This document shows positions 1 to 9,391 of a stretch of 64,000 bases of DNA, one piece after another. The notes under the pieces are model-generated. The model worked only from the letters and a program-made list of their open reading frames with translations, did not search any database and was not told the DNA's origin. The translations under genes were made by a program, and so were the position numbers. Position 1 is the first letter of the stretch, and each line of letters begins with the position of its first letter. The stretch is from positions 134,744 through 198,743 of the forward strand of contig JBAWXN010000001.1 in NCBI GenBank assembly GCA_037144045.1. Reading direction: 5' to 3'. Origin of the DNA: a bacterium. Lineage in GTDB: Bacteria; Patescibacteriota; Minisyncoccia; Phycocordibacterales; UBA1006.

Positions 1-1
1 A

Positions 2-544
2 CCAGAAATTATAGATGATGTTGAATTTGAAGAACTTGACTGGGTAGGGGACGAGAAAAAAGACAAAGAAAAGCTTAAAAAATTACGAGATGATTTAAAG
101 AAGAGTCAATTTGAATCACGAGACCATTTGACTGCGCTGCAACGAGCACGAGCCGACTATGTGAACTTGAAACGGGAGCTTGATGAAACGCGAGAAGTTA
201 CCAAGAAAAAAACCACTGAAAAGTTGCTTGCAGATTTTCTCCCAACACTTGATAGTTTCGATATGGCAATGGGAAATACGGCGGCTTGGGAAGCAGTAGA
301 TAAAAATTGGCGTATCGGGGTAGAGTTTATCTATGGTCAATTAAAAACAGCGCTTGAAAATAATGGAGTTGCTCCTATTGATCAAGTTGGGGTAGAATTT
401 GATCCTAATAAGCATGAACCTATTGAAACGAAAGAAACCGATGATGTAGACTTTGATCATAAAATCGAACGCATTATTCAGAAAGGATATCAAATGGGTG
501 ATCGAGTGATTCGTCCTGCACGAGTAGTAGTATGGAAAAAATAA
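2..544 (+). CDS. grpE: Nucleotide exchange factor GrpE (5' end outside window)
   Basis: The frame is open from position 2 with no upstream stop in the window. The C-terminal region is GrpE-like (LADFLPTLDSFDMAM ... KGYQMGDRVIRPARVVV). Confidence 0.85.
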   Translation, partial: PEIIDDVEFEELDWVGDEKKDKEKLKKLRDDLKKSQFESRDHLTALQRARADYVNLKRELDETREVTKKKTTEKLLADFLPTLDSFDMAMGNTAAWEAVDKNWRIGVEFIYGQLKTALENNGVAPIDQVGVEFDPNKHEPIETKETDDVDFDHKIERIIQKGYQMGDRVIRPARVVVWKK

Positions 545-566
545 AAACCGCATATGCGGTTTTTAT
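545..566. terminator. Bidirectional rho-independent terminator shared by grpE (+) and the phosphoesterase gene (-)
   Basis: AAAACCGCATATGCGGTTTTTATT forms a perfect 8-bp stem with T-tracts on both sides. Confidence 0.7.
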
Positions 567-1654
567 TGTGCGATAAATGTTACGAGAACAATTTCTGGAG
601 TATTAAATAGTCGTGAGGGAAATGCGGCAAGTCCAAGTCCTGACGAGGTAATGATTGGAGTTGATTCAACTATGTTGAGTCCATACCAGAATCGTCCATA
701 TACTTGTTGAACAATATATTTAAGTGGCCAGAATTGTCCACCGTGCGTATGTCCATGTACCACGAGATCTGCTTGATACTTTGCAAAAAGATCCATATAG
801 CGCGGTTCATGATTTATTATGAACAGAGGTAGTTCAGAATTAATAGGAGCGAGTACCCGATTAATTACTTCAGTTCCTATGGCTTCTTTTTCACGTCCAT
901 AATATTTAAAACCAGCAATCGTGATTCCATTCCAGGTGATAGTTTCATCTTCGAGGGTAGTAATACCGTTATTTCGCATAAGGTTTAAGAACGTAGTGTA
1001 ATCACCATATTCCTCATGGTTTCCTGGAGCCATGAATGTAGGGGCAATTTGTGACCATTTTCTAAATTCTTCTTCGAGTACGTTCCATTTAAGGGTTGCT
1101 CCATCAAATATATCACCTGGCATGAGAATTGCGTCTGGCTTGATTACGTTTAATTGTTTGGTGATGCGGCGTGCTAGGTTGTTATTGTTGGCGATATTAA
1201 ATTGTGGATCAGCAAGTACTGCAATACGTTTTCCGATAAGTGCTGGTTCACTTGTTGCGAGTGTGTAAGGCGTGATCTTGATCCAAGTTCGCTGATAGAT
1301 ACCAAATAATGATGCGATACATGCGACGGTAATCAAAATCCAAGTTCCGGTAATGCGCACTTGAGGATTCTTAAGTTTTCTTGCTACTAGTGCCAGTATT
1401 CCTAAAAGAGGTACTAATACAATGCTGTACAAAATAGTTCCTCCTACAATCCAGGCAAAGAAGTAAACAACCGCTAGTAAAAAGTTTGGGTTTTCTGTTC
1501 GTGACAACATGAGTACTCCCATAAAACCAAGGGCGGTGCCCACACCAATAATAATTCGTTGCCACGGAGTAAATAATTTAAGTGATGCCGAATACGCATA
1601 AATCGCCCCGGTTGCAATAATAAGTGAAAAAATACTAATGAATATGAAAAACAT
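563..1654 (-). CDS. Membrane-anchored metallophosphoesterase (calcineurin-like, YkuE-type)
   Basis: There are about four N-terminal transmembrane helices. The C-terminal domain carries the metallophosphatase motifs GDIFDG, GNHE and GHTHGG. Confidence 0.7.
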   Translation of the reverse strand: MFFIFISIFSLIIATGAIYAYSASLKLFTPWQRIIIGVGTALGFMGVLMLSRTENPNFLLAVVYFFAWIVGGTILYSIVLVPLLGILALVARKLKNPQVRITGTWILITVACIASLFGIYQRTWIKITPYTLATSEPALIGKRIAVLADPQFNIANNNNLARRITKQLNVIKPDAILMPGDIFDGATLKWNVLEEEFRKWSQIAPTFMAPGNHEEYGDYTTFLNLMRNNGITTLEDETITWNGITIAGFKYYGREKEAIGTEVINRVLAPINSELPLFIINHEPRYMDLFAKYQADLVVHGHTHGGQFWPLKYIVQQVYGRFWYGLNIVESTPIITSSGLGLAAFPSRLFNTPEIVLVTFIAQ

Positions 1655-1694
1655 AATCTTATAATAGCAGAAAACGTGAAATAAAAATAAACAG

Positions 1695-2168
1695 GTGTAT
1701 AATACCTATATGCAAACAAAAAACATTATTATTTCACTCATAGTAGGGTGTGTCGTTATAGGGGGAGCGTTTTATGCAGTATTTGGTTCATCACTTAAAA
1801 ATTTAAAACAGGAACCGATCACTGAAACTCCTGCCATTGTTAAAGCGACCGATCAGCGGCCGGTTAAAGCACTAGATGCAAATCCTGCAGCAAAACCTGT
1901 GGTAGCCCCAGTATCGACTTCTAATCCAGTAGTATCTGGGTATACCCTTGCTGATGTTCAAAAACATAACTCTACAACAACATGCTGGTCAGCAGTAAAT
2001 GGTACGGTATATGATTTAACATCATGGGTTAATGCACATCCCGGTGGAAAAGCGGCAATCCTTATGATTTGTGGTAAAGACGGATCTGCGCTTTTTAATG
2101 CGCAACATGGTGGTTCAGGAAAAGTAGCGACTATTTTAGCAAAGTTTAAAATTGGTTCACTTAACTAA
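1695..2168 (+). CDS. Cytochrome b5-like heme/steroid-binding domain protein with an N-terminal TM anchor
   Basis: N-terminal hydrophobic helix. The motif HNSTTTCWSAVNGTVYDLTSWVNAHPGG ... LFNAQHGG resembles a cytochrome b5 heme-binding domain. Confidence 0.5.
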   Translation: MYNTYMQTKNIIISLIVGCVVIGGAFYAVFGSSLKNLKQEPITETPAIVKATDQRPVKALDANPAAKPVVAPVSTSNPVVSGYTLADVQKHNSTTTCWSAVNGTVYDLTSWVNAHPGGKAAILMICGKDGSALFNAQHGGSGKVATILAKFKIGSLN

Positions 2169-2175
2169 TAATTCT

Positions 2176-2547
2176 ATGTCAAAAACACATTCATTTGGAA
2201 TTACATTACTACGACTATCACTCGCGTTCGTGTTCCTTTGGTTCGGGTTTTCACAAATCAGTGATGCAGCAATGTGGACTTCATTTGTTCCTGATTGGGC
2301 AACTACGATTGCGAGCGCAGGAACATTGGTATTACTCAATGGGCTTATTGAAATTATTGCAGGTGCAGCACTTGCATTTGGAATATTGAGTCGATGGGTA
2401 GGATTACTCCTTGGAATTCATTTATTTGTTATTGCTATTAGTATGGGACTTACGGCAATTGGAGTACGTGATATTGGACTTGCTTTGGCAACCCTTTCAC
2501 TCTTTTTCCTTGCAAAAGATGAAATTTCAGTCGGAAACTATTTTTAG
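2176..2547 (+). CDS. DoxX-family integral membrane protein
   Basis: About 120 aa with 3-4 hydrophobic helices and LLRLSLAFVFLWFG at the N-terminus. The start was moved to the second Met (2176) to remove an overlap; the ORF track begins at 2152. Confidence 0.45.
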   Translation: MSKTHSFGITLLRLSLAFVFLWFGFSQISDAAMWTSFVPDWATTIASAGTLVLLNGLIEIIAGAALAFGILSRWVGLLLGIHLFVIAISMGLTAIGVRDIGLALATLSLFFLAKDEISVGNYF

Positions 2548-2552
2548 AAATA

Positions 2553-2579
2553 AAAAACCATTCACGCGAATGGTTTTTT
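2553..2579. terminator. Bidirectional terminator hairpin
   Basis: AAAAACCATTCACGCGAATGGTTTTTT. Confidence 0.7.
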
Positions 2580-3114
2580 ATTTCCCAAATTGCTTAAGGA
2601 GCATTTGCTCAGTTTCTATATCAAGGTGTGCTGTGGTAATAATCATCATTTCGGTAGTAAGTCCGAGATCTTGCTTAATATTAGTAAATAGATGCTCTAA
2701 AGGAAACGGGGAGATCCACGCTGAGTTTTTTAAGCATACAAATCCAGCCTTTTTGAGGAGGTATCGTAACGATTCACGTTCACTTTTCCGTGATTCAGGG
2801 AGGTCGAGGAGAATGATGCGCCATTGACCGTCCCAATTAGGAAGGAGGCTCGTATCACTTTCTAGTTTCAGGGTCGTAACTTTTTTACGACCTTTGGTGG
2901 TAAGGCGTGCATAGTCGTTTTGACCTGAAAAATGGCTCTCTATGAGTCCTGACTCAGCAAGTCCTTTCAGGGTCCTGTTTACTGCATAGCGTGCCTTGGG
3001 GGCTAAATTTGAGCCTTCAGAAGCCACTTTCTCTGCGAGTTCTGGCACTGAAACAGCCTTGCTTTCCGCAAGTATTTTAAGGATTTTTTTAGAATAGTCA
3101 GGATGCTTCGCCAT
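2578..3114 (-). CDS. PaaX-like winged-helix transcriptional regulator (putative)
   Basis: The N-terminal region looks like a winged helix (ILKILAESKAVSVPELAEKV). The C-terminal WRIILLDLPESRKSERESLRYLLKKAGFVCLKNSAWISP resembles a PaaX C-terminal domain. Confidence 0.4.
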   Translation of the reverse strand: MAKHPDYSKKILKILAESKAVSVPELAEKVASEGSNLAPKARYAVNRTLKGLAESGLIESHFSGQNDYARLTTKGRKKVTTLKLESDTSLLPNWDGQWRIILLDLPESRKSERESLRYLLKKAGFVCLKNSAWISPFPLEHLFTNIKQDLGLTTEMMIITTAHLDIETEQMLLKQFGK

Positions 3115-3141
3115 ATCAATAGTATGCTATCATAAGTACCT

Positions 3142-3636
3142 ATGTATACCAAAGAACAAATCTGGAATTCGTTTACTAAGGAATTTCGTATTATTAAACA
3201 CTTATCAGAAAAAATTCCAGCAGGTGGCGAACATCACAAGCCAACAGAAAAACAAAGAACTACTCTTGAATTACTGCACTACCTTGCAACATTTGGTGGT
3301 GGGATGTTTACTGTGGTTGCAACGGGTGATGGTGCAGCATTTATGAATTATGCAAAAAATGTTACAGAAATTACTGTGGAAAATTTTGCACAAGCAATTG
3401 ATAATCAAGAAGCTGCCATGAAAGAAATCTATGACGCGTTTACTGATGAGTCACTTGCAGAAGAAGTTTCGATATGGGGACAAACGCAATCACGCGCAAT
3501 CTTTCTATTAGATTGTTTAAGAATGCTTACGGCATATAAAATGCAGTTATTCCTCTACATTAAGGCCTCTGGAAATTTTGCTGTGGGAACCAGTAATGTA
3601 TGGGCGGGAATGGACATGCCTGCTCCGAAAGAATAA
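3142..3636 (+). CDS. Hypothetical protein (possibly DinB/YfiT-like helical bundle)
   Basis: Clean 164-aa ORF with its own spacing and no recognisable motif. The DinB-like assignment is a weak impression only. Confidence 0.3.
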   Translation: MYTKEQIWNSFTKEFRIIKHLSEKIPAGGEHHKPTEKQRTTLELLHYLATFGGGMFTVVATGDGAAFMNYAKNVTEITVENFAQAIDNQEAAMKEIYDAFTDESLAEEVSIWGQTQSRAIFLLDCLRMLTAYKMQLFLYIKASGNFAVGTSNVWAGMDMPAPKE

Positions 3637-3641
3637 TTCGT

Positions 3642-5381
3642 ATGAAGATTTTTCTCTACTATCTCAAAAAGTATTGGGTCATGTGCCTGGGGATATTAGT
3701 GCTTGCATTAATAAATCAATTCTTCTCGCTCCTTGAGCCGTACATCACTCAGCGTTTGATTGATAAATACGCAATGAATTTTGCGAGTTTTACACAATCT
3801 GAATTTTTGAGTGGGGTAGGGTTACTCGTGCTCGCATTTGTAGGGACAGCATTTGTTTCGCGTGTAGCAAAAAACTTTCAGGATTACTATTTAAATACCG
3901 TAAGCAAGCGATCAGGGGCTGATATGTATCGTGAAGGGGTAAAACATTCTTTGGCACTACCGTACAGTATTTTCGAAGACGAACGATCAGGGGAAACCCT
4001 TGGGAAATTACAAAAAGCGCGCCAAGATACGGAAAACTTGATGCTTCAAATCGTAAATACCGTATTTGTTTCGATTATTATTTTTACGTTCGTTGCAATA
4101 TATTCTGCGACTATTTATTGGTTGGTGCCAATTGTATTTTTTTCAATGATTTTTATCATTGGCGGGGTAAGTATTTTAATGTCGAAACGCATTAAGGCGA
4201 TTCAAAAAACGATTGTTGCCGAAACAACGGCGCTTGCAGGTTCTACGACAGAATCATTGCGTAATATTGAACTTGTTAAATCACTTGGTCTTGCTGATCA
4301 AGAAGTAGCCCATTTAAATAGTACGACTGATAAAATCTTGCAGTTGGAATTGAAAAAGCTTCGTTATTTACGTAGTCTTGATTTTGTTCAGGGAACGATT
4401 ACCAATGCAGTGCGTGCCGGACTTGTCTTTTTCTTGTTCTACTTGATTTATACTAAAACGATTACGCTTGGGCAATATTTCTCGCTCAATATTTACAGCT
4501 TCTTCTTATTTTTCCCATTACAGCAGATCGCACCGTTTATTGCTGCGTATCGTGAGACTGAAGCATCACTTGCGAACTATCAAAAACTCATGGATACCTC
4601 TCCAGAACCGAGTCCAGAACATCCTCAAGAAATTGGAGATCTTAAAGAATTTTCTTTTAATGCGGTGTCATTTGGATATGGGACTGCTGAAACAAAAGCA
4701 CTTTCAGACATTTCCTATACCGTTAAACAGGGGCAAACGGTCGCATTCGTAGGTCCATCTGGATCTGGAAAAACATCGCTGGTAAAATTACTGGTTGGAT
4801 TGTATACGCCAAATAGTGGAGCGATTTCATATAATGGTATTCGCTACGATGAAATTAATAAAGACGAACTGCGCTCACAAATTGGTTTTGTAACTCAAGA
4901 CACACAATTGTTTGCTGGTACGATTCGTGAAAACATGTTGTTCGTAAATCCAAAAGCAACGGATGATGAATGTTTGGTAGCACTCAACAGTGCGCAATGT
5001 CAGAATCTGTTGGAACGAGGAGGAAAGGGATTGGATACCGTGATTGGTGAAGGTGGGGTAAAAGTGTCTGGTGGTGAAAAGCAACGGCTTTCTATTGCGC
5101 GCGCGTTACTTCGAAAACCAAGTATCTTGATTTTCGATGAAGCAACGTCTGCACTCGATTCAATTACGGAAGAAGAAATCACGAAGACAATTCGTGATGT
5201 GTCCCAAGGGGAATCGCGAATTACGGTGCTCATTGCGCACCGACTCTCTACAATTATGCACGCAGATAAAATCTACGTTTTGGAAAAAGGTAAGATGGCT
5301 GAAATGGGAACTCATGACGAATTACTCGCTGAAAAAGGCTTGTATTACGCCATGTGGCGTCAGCAGATTGGAGAACGATAG
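3642..5381 (+). CDS. ABC transporter, fused permease/ATP-binding exporter (MsbA/MdlB-like)
   Basis: Six TM helices in the N-terminal half. Walker A GPSGSGKTS, signature LSGGEKQRLSIARAL, Walker B ILIFDEATSALD. Start chosen at the internal Met (MKIFLYY); the ORF track starts at 3600, overlapping the upstream gene. Confidence 0.9.
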   Translation: MKIFLYYLKKYWVMCLGILVLALINQFFSLLEPYITQRLIDKYAMNFASFTQSEFLSGVGLLVLAFVGTAFVSRVAKNFQDYYLNTVSKRSGADMYREGVKHSLALPYSIFEDERSGETLGKLQKARQDTENLMLQIVNTVFVSIIIFTFVAIYSATIYWLVPIVFFSMIFIIGGVSILMSKRIKAIQKTIVAETTALAGSTTESLRNIELVKSLGLADQEVAHLNSTTDKILQLELKKLRYLRSLDFVQGTITNAVRAGLVFFLFYLIYTKTITLGQYFSLNIYSFFLFFPLQQIAPFIAAYRETEASLANYQKLMDTSPEPSPEHPQEIGDLKEFSFNAVSFGYGTAETKALSDISYTVKQGQTVAFVGPSGSGKTSLVKLLVGLYTPNSGAISYNGIRYDEINKDELRSQIGFVTQDTQLFAGTIRENMLFVNPKATDDECLVALNSAQCQNLLERGGKGLDTVIGEGGVKVSGGEKQRLSIARALLRKPSILIFDEATSALDSITEEEITKTIRDVSQGESRITVLIAHRLSTIMHADKIYVLEKGKMAEMGTHDELLAEKGLYYAMWRQQIGER

Positions 5382-5539
5382 AAATAATACTTATTTTTCT
5401 TATTAAAAAGCCTGAAAAGGTTTTTTAATTTTTATAAAGAAAAAATAAATTTATGTGCTATCCTTCGTTGACGTTACGGCATAATTTGTATATATTCTCA
5501 ATGTTGTGATCTTTTGCGGGAGCGAAATGCAGAAAGGCT

Positions 5540-6004
5540 CTACTGCGGGGTGAATTGCTCAATTCTGAGTAATTCATTACGATGAAGGTTGCCGTCCTTC
5601 CTCTCCCACAAAAGCTCATAATCTCTGATATATGTCCAATTTGAACGGAAGAACGTCACAACCTCTTTAGTTGAATGAGAAGTGTGAGAGATATTTTCCA
5701 ATAAACATAAATAGGGTTCATTATTTTTTATTTTTATTAAACAAAGGTTACCTCGCTTGCCGCTTTTATTCAGATAGACCTGATCGGGATTGGTTATGAT
5801 TTTTTGGAGATTTTTTATGAAAAAATCAAATTCCTGAGCAGGTCTTTTATCGTAGACATGTTTCAAGGCTCTTGTAGAAAGTATTACGGTCGGCGTAAGT
5901 TCAATTTTAAAGCTAGATACACGAGTATTTTTCTGTGTATTTCTAACATATTTATTGAAAAACTTCTGAATCGACCTCCTAGACATGGGGAATAGTATAA
6001 TCAA
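5540..6004 (-). CDS. Hypothetical protein
   Basis: 154-aa ORF with no signal peptide and no recognised motif. Alternative start at Met-8 (5983). Confidence 0.35.
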   Translation of the reverse strand: MIILFPMSRRSIQKFFNKYVRNTQKNTRVSSFKIELTPTVILSTRALKHVYDKRPAQEFDFFIKNLQKIITNPDQVYLNKSGKRGNLCLIKIKNNEPYLCLLENISHTSHSTKEVVTFFRSNWTYIRDYELLWERKDGNLHRNELLRIEQFTPQ

Positions 6005-6058
6005 ATCAATTCAAGGATTTGTGAAGAAAAAATAAAGAAAATAAAGGCTTTTAACCCC

Positions 6059-6092
6059 CTTGACGCCTTTTATGGAAAGAATATAATAAATT
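6059..6092 (+). promoter_or_regulatory. Putative sigma70 promoter of dnaK
   Basis: TTGACG, 16 nt, TATAAT, about 110 nt upstream of the dnaK ATG. Confidence 0.45.
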
Positions 6093-6202
6093 TGTACAAG
6101 TATTTCGCGGTCGCTGAAATAAAGTAGAAATGGTTGTTTTTCTGAATCTGCCGTGCTGTACATTAATAAATAGAATTATTAACTTTTTAAACACAGATAT
6201 AT

Positions 6203-8089
6203 ATGAGTAAAATAATCGGAATCGACTTAGGAACTACAAACAGTGCTGTCTCAATCATCGAAGGAGGACAGCCAAAAATTATTGAGAACGTAGAAGGTGC
6301 ACGAACGACACCGTCTATTGTTGCGCTTGCTAAAAATGGAGACCGAATGGTTGGAGCTTTGGCGAAACGACAAGCAGTTACGAATCCAGAAAATACTATT
6401 TTCGGAATCAAGCGCTACATGGGTCACAAATTCACCGATGAAGTAGTACAGAAAGACATGGCTCATTCGCCGTTCAAAATTACTAAAGGGGTAGAGGATG
6501 GGGTTTCTGTAAAATTGGGTGATAAAGAATATCGACCCGAAGAAATTTCATCAATGATCCTTGCAAAAATCAAGGCAGACGTTGAAGCGAAACTTGGTGA
6601 AAAAATCACTGAAGCCGTAATTACGGTGCCAGCATATTTCGACGATTCTCAGCGGCAGGCAACGGTAAACGCTGGTAAAATTGCGGGACTTGATGTAAAA
6701 CGAATTATTAATGAACCAACCGCAGCAGCGCTTGCATACGGATTTAATTCAAAGAAAGATCAGAAAATTGCGGTGTACGATTTCGGAGGAGGAACGTTCG
6801 ATATTTCAGTTCTTGAAGTAGGAGCAGATTTGGTAGAAGTGAAATCAACGGATGGAGACGCCCACATGGGTGGTGAAGACATCGATCGTGCGATTATTGA
6901 ATGGATTGCTGCAGAATTTAAAAAAGAATCAGGAATCGATGTAACGAAAGACGTGCTTGCATTACAGCGCCTCAAGGAAGCTGCTGAAAAAGCAAAGCAT
7001 GAATTGTCTACTGCTATTGAAAGTGAAATTAATATTCCATTTATCGCACAGAACGATGGAGTACCAGCTCACTTAGTAATGAAAATGACTCGAGCAAAAC
7101 TTGAGGAATTAGCTGCGCCATTCATTGATAAATCAATTGAAATTACGAAACGAGCTATTGCGGCATCACCATTTAAAATAAATGAAATTGATGAAGTGAT
7201 CATGGTAGGGGGGCAAACCCGTATGCCAAAAATCGTTGAAGAAGTTAAAAAGTTATTTGGTAAAGAACCAAATCGAACGATTAACCCCGACGAAGTGGTA
7301 GCGCTTGGTGCTGCGGTACAAGCTGGAGTTCTTCAGGGAGACGTTAAAGACGTACTGCTTTTGGACGTAATTCCACTTTCATTGGGAATTGAAACTATGG
7401 GATCTGTTGCCACAAAATTGATTGAGCGAAACACCACTATCCCAACCTCAAAATCGCAAGTGTTTTCAACTGCAGCTGATAATCAGACTTCGGTAGAAAT
7501 TCACATTGTGCAAGGAGAACGCCCTATGGCAGCTGATAACAAGTCACTGGGACGATTCGTGCTTGGTGATATTGCGCCAGCTCCACGAGGAATGCCACAA
7601 ATTGAAGTAACTTTTGATATTGACGCCAACGGAATTTTGAAGGTAAAGGCACTTGATAAAGCAACCAACAAAGAAGCATCTATTACGGTGCAATCAGGAG
7701 GTGGATTGTCAGATGCAGATATCAAGAAGATGCATGAAGATGTAGAAAAATACAAAGCGGAAGACGAGAAGAAAAAAGAACTCGTTGATAAGCGTAATAC
7801 TGCTGATACTACGATCTTTGCGGCAGAAAAGTCTTTGAAAGAATACGGAGATAAAATTCCAGCAGAAACAAAGACGGCTATCGAAGACAAAGTAAAGGCT
7901 TCGAAAGAGACTAAAGACAAAGACGATGCTGATGTGATTCACAAAGCAACCGAAGAACTTTCAACAGAAATGATGAAGATTTATGAAGTGATTCAGAAAG
8001 CTGAACAGGAAAAAGCCGCATCGGCGAATGCTACGCAGGCAGAACCTGCAGCTGATGCAGCGACAGACGGGGAAGCGAAAGCTGAATAA
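6203..8089 (+). CDS. dnaK: Molecular chaperone DnaK (Hsp70)
   Basis: [34 protein letters not shown], the substrate-binding domain and an acidic C-terminus. Full length, 628 aa. Confidence 0.97.
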   Translation: MSKIIGIDLGTTNSAVSIIEGGQPKIIENVEGARTTPSIVALAKNGDRMVGALAKRQAVTNPENTIFGIKRYMGHKFTDEVVQKDMAHSPFKITKGVEDGVSVKLGDKEYRPEEISSMILAKIKADVEAKLGEKITEAVITVPAYFDDSQRQATVNAGKIAGLDVKRIINEPTAAALAYGFNSKKDQKIAVYDFGGGTFDISVLEVGADLVEVKSTDGDAHMGGEDIDRAIIEWIAAEFKKESGIDVTKDVLALQRLKEAAEKAKHELSTAIESEINIPFIAQNDGVPAHLVMKMTRAKLEELAAPFIDKSIEITKRAIAASPFKINEIDEVIMVGGQTRMPKIVEEVKKLFGKEPNRTINPDEVVALGAAVQAGVLQGDVKDVLLLDVIPLSLGIETMGSVATKLIERNTTIPTSKSQVFSTAADNQTSVEIHIVQGERPMAADNKSLGRFVLGDIAPAPRGMPQIEVTFDIDANGILKVKALDKATNKEASITVQSGGGLSDADIKKMHEDVEKYKAEDEKKKELVDKRNTADTTIFAAEKSLKEYGDKIPAETKTAIEDKVKASKETKDKDDADVIHKATEELSTEMMKIYEVIQKAEQEKAASANATQAEPAADAATDGEAKAE

Positions 8090-8110
8090 TTCTGCGCAAT
8101 AAAAAAACAA

Positions 8111-8160
8111 CCCTGTTTCTCTTCCGAAATTCAAATTTGAATTCGGGGGAGTGTACAGGG
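8111..8160. terminator. Compound bidirectional terminator (CCCTGT ... ACAGGG outer stem, CCGAAATTCAAATTTGAATTCGG inner stem)
   Basis: Nested hairpins flanked by an A-tract on + and a T-tract on -. Homologous hairpins recur at about 8554-8598 and 9005-9040. Confidence 0.7.
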
Positions 8161-8171
8161 TTGTGTCATGT

Positions 8172-8438
8172 TTAAACATAAAAAATTATCTGACCCAAGT
8201 AAGCCTTAGGTTTCGACATGGCTTGTCCTCCAAATGTTCCTTCATCAGCAATGTTTGAGAAGAACCCAGCTGATAGTTTTGTATATCCAGAATAGATTCC
8301 GATTCCTGCATTATTCGTTCCTTGTTTAATGTAAACTTCAGTAGGAATTTTCCCGTGGAGCAAGATGAAGCAAATCAAGTGAATAAGTCGGTAGGCATAA
8401 ACCAAAAGAGAAATAAGTAGAAAAAGTATTTTCTTCAT
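8172..8438 (-). CDS. Small secreted/membrane-anchored protein, paralog 1 of a tandem family
   Basis: N-terminal hydrophobic signal/anchor (MKKILFLLISLLVYAY). Shares RxIHL ... GKxP ... IGIY ... GFFxN motifs with the 8613..8930 product. Confidence 0.55.
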   Translation of the reverse strand: MKKILFLLISLLVYAYRLIHLICFILLHGKIPTEVYIKQGTNNAGIGIYSGYTKLSAGFFSNIADEGTFGGQAMSKPKAYLGQIIFYV

Positions 8439-8475
8439 ATAGGTTGTATTTTAATTTTGTGAAAAGAATAATTCT

Positions 8476-8503
8476 ATTATACACTAAAAAATTATTTTGT
8501 CAA
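8476..8503 (-). promoter_or_regulatory. Consensus sigma70 promoter (minus strand) for the 8172..8438 gene
   Basis: Minus strand reads TTGACA (8498-8503), 16 nt, TATAAT (8476-8481). Near-identical copies lie at 8966-8993 and 9347-9374. Confidence 0.65.
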
Positions 8504-8612
8504 GTAAAAAACCTTGTTTCCAAAAGGTCGTTGAAAATTCAGGTAAACAAAAACCCTGTACCATCCCAAATAAAATCGGGGAGGGCACAGGAATTGTTGA
8601 GTGGTGAAATAC

Positions 8613-8930
8613 TTAAAAAAGAAAGCAAATTTCACCAGATTTTGAGGTAGGTTTTCTTTTTGGCATGCCACTAGCGTTCTCCCTAAAGTTTGCGAAGAAC
8701 CCATCTTTTAATGTTAGGTATTCATTATAAATACCTATAGTGGAGAGTTTTTGCTTCGGATCGATTATTGGCGCATAAAAATCATACGCAGGAGTATCTT
8801 TTTTAATCGCCCCTACTTTAAAGAAAACTTTATGAGGCACTTTTCCATTATATAATGTCCAAAGGCCTAAATGGATACCTCTTACGATGTAGATTAAAAA
8901 TCCTACAAGAGAAATTGCTATTTTTTTCAT
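8613..8930 (-). CDS. Small secreted/membrane-anchored protein, paralog 2
   Basis: MKKIAISLVGFLIYIVRGIHLG ... signal/anchor, homologous to the 8172..8438 product. Has its own promoter and terminator. Confidence 0.55.
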   Translation of the reverse strand: MKKIAISLVGFLIYIVRGIHLGLWTLYNGKVPHKVFFKVGAIKKDTPAYDFYAPIIDPKQKLSTIGIYNEYLTLKDGFFANFRENASGMPKRKPTSKSGEICFLF

Positions 8931-8965
8931 ATAAATAAAATTTGTTTTTTGAAAGAATAATATAT

Positions 8966-8993
8966 ATTATACACGAAAAATGTATTTTGTCAA
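8966..8993 (-). promoter_or_regulatory. Consensus sigma70 promoter (minus strand), copy 2
   Basis: TTGACA (8988-8993), 16 nt, TATAAT (8966-8971) on the minus strand. The flanking sequence GAAAGAATAATATATATTATACACGAAAAATGTATTTTGTCAAGTAAAAAACC is homologous to copy 1. Confidence 0.65.
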
Positions 8994-9047
8994 GTAAAAA
9001 ACCTGCACACGATCCGAATCAATTCGGGGTGTACAGGGTTGCGAGTT

Positions 9048-9314
9048 CTACCAGCCATGAAATCCAGCCTTCTGTTTCTCATCGCGAAAGCATTCAATGT
9101 ATCCCATAAAATGGAGTGAGTCCATCGCGTGAGGATTTTCTTTGAAGTTATAGCCAATGAAGAAAAGAGAATCATCAAATCGCTTGTTTTCTTTTTTAAG
9201 CGAATCGATAAGGATATCTTGTTGTTTAATTAGTCTATCTTGTTTGTGTAGACTTGTTAGTCCAAATCCTGCAACAACAAAAAGAGCAACTGAAAAAAGA
9301 AAAAAAGATTTCAT
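9048..9314 (-). CDS. Small secreted protein (third cassette, sequence diverged)
   Basis: Signal peptide MKSFFLFSVALFVVAGFG. It sits in the same promoter/terminator context as the two upstream paralogs. Confidence 0.5.
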   Translation of the reverse strand: MKSFFLFSVALFVVAGFGLTSLHKQDRLIKQQDILIDSLKKENKRFDDSLFFIGYNFKENPHAMDSLHFMGYIECFRDEKQKAGFHGW

Positions 9315-9346
9315 AGAGAGTATTTTATTGTTAAAAGAATATCACT

Positions 9347-9374
9347 ATTATACATAAAATAATATATTTGTCAA
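9347..9374 (-). promoter_or_regulatory. Consensus sigma70 promoter (minus strand), copy 3
   Basis: TTGACA (9369-9374), 16 nt, TATAAT (9347-9352) on the minus strand. Confidence 0.6.
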
Positions 9375-9391
9375 ATATATCTAGTTTCTCC

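Noticed and set aside
3600-3641. Extended N-terminus of the ABC exporter (MGGNGHACSERIIR-)
   Set aside because: It overlaps the 3' end of the upstream gene in a different frame. The internal Met followed by a hydrophobic TM start (MKIFLYYLKKYW) is the more plausible start.
7501-7942. Antisense ORFs (139 aa, 77 aa) inside dnaK
   Set aside because: They are entirely contained within the confidently identified dnaK on the opposite strand. They are low-complexity Ser/Phe-rich translations typical of antisense frames.
8440-9380. Possible CRISPR-like array, because a repeated about 50-bp unit occurs three times
   Set aside because: The repeats are about 490 and 380 bp apart, not separated by uniform short spacers. 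They contain canonical -35/-10 boxes and each precedes an ORF. These are duplicated promoters, not CRISPR repeats.
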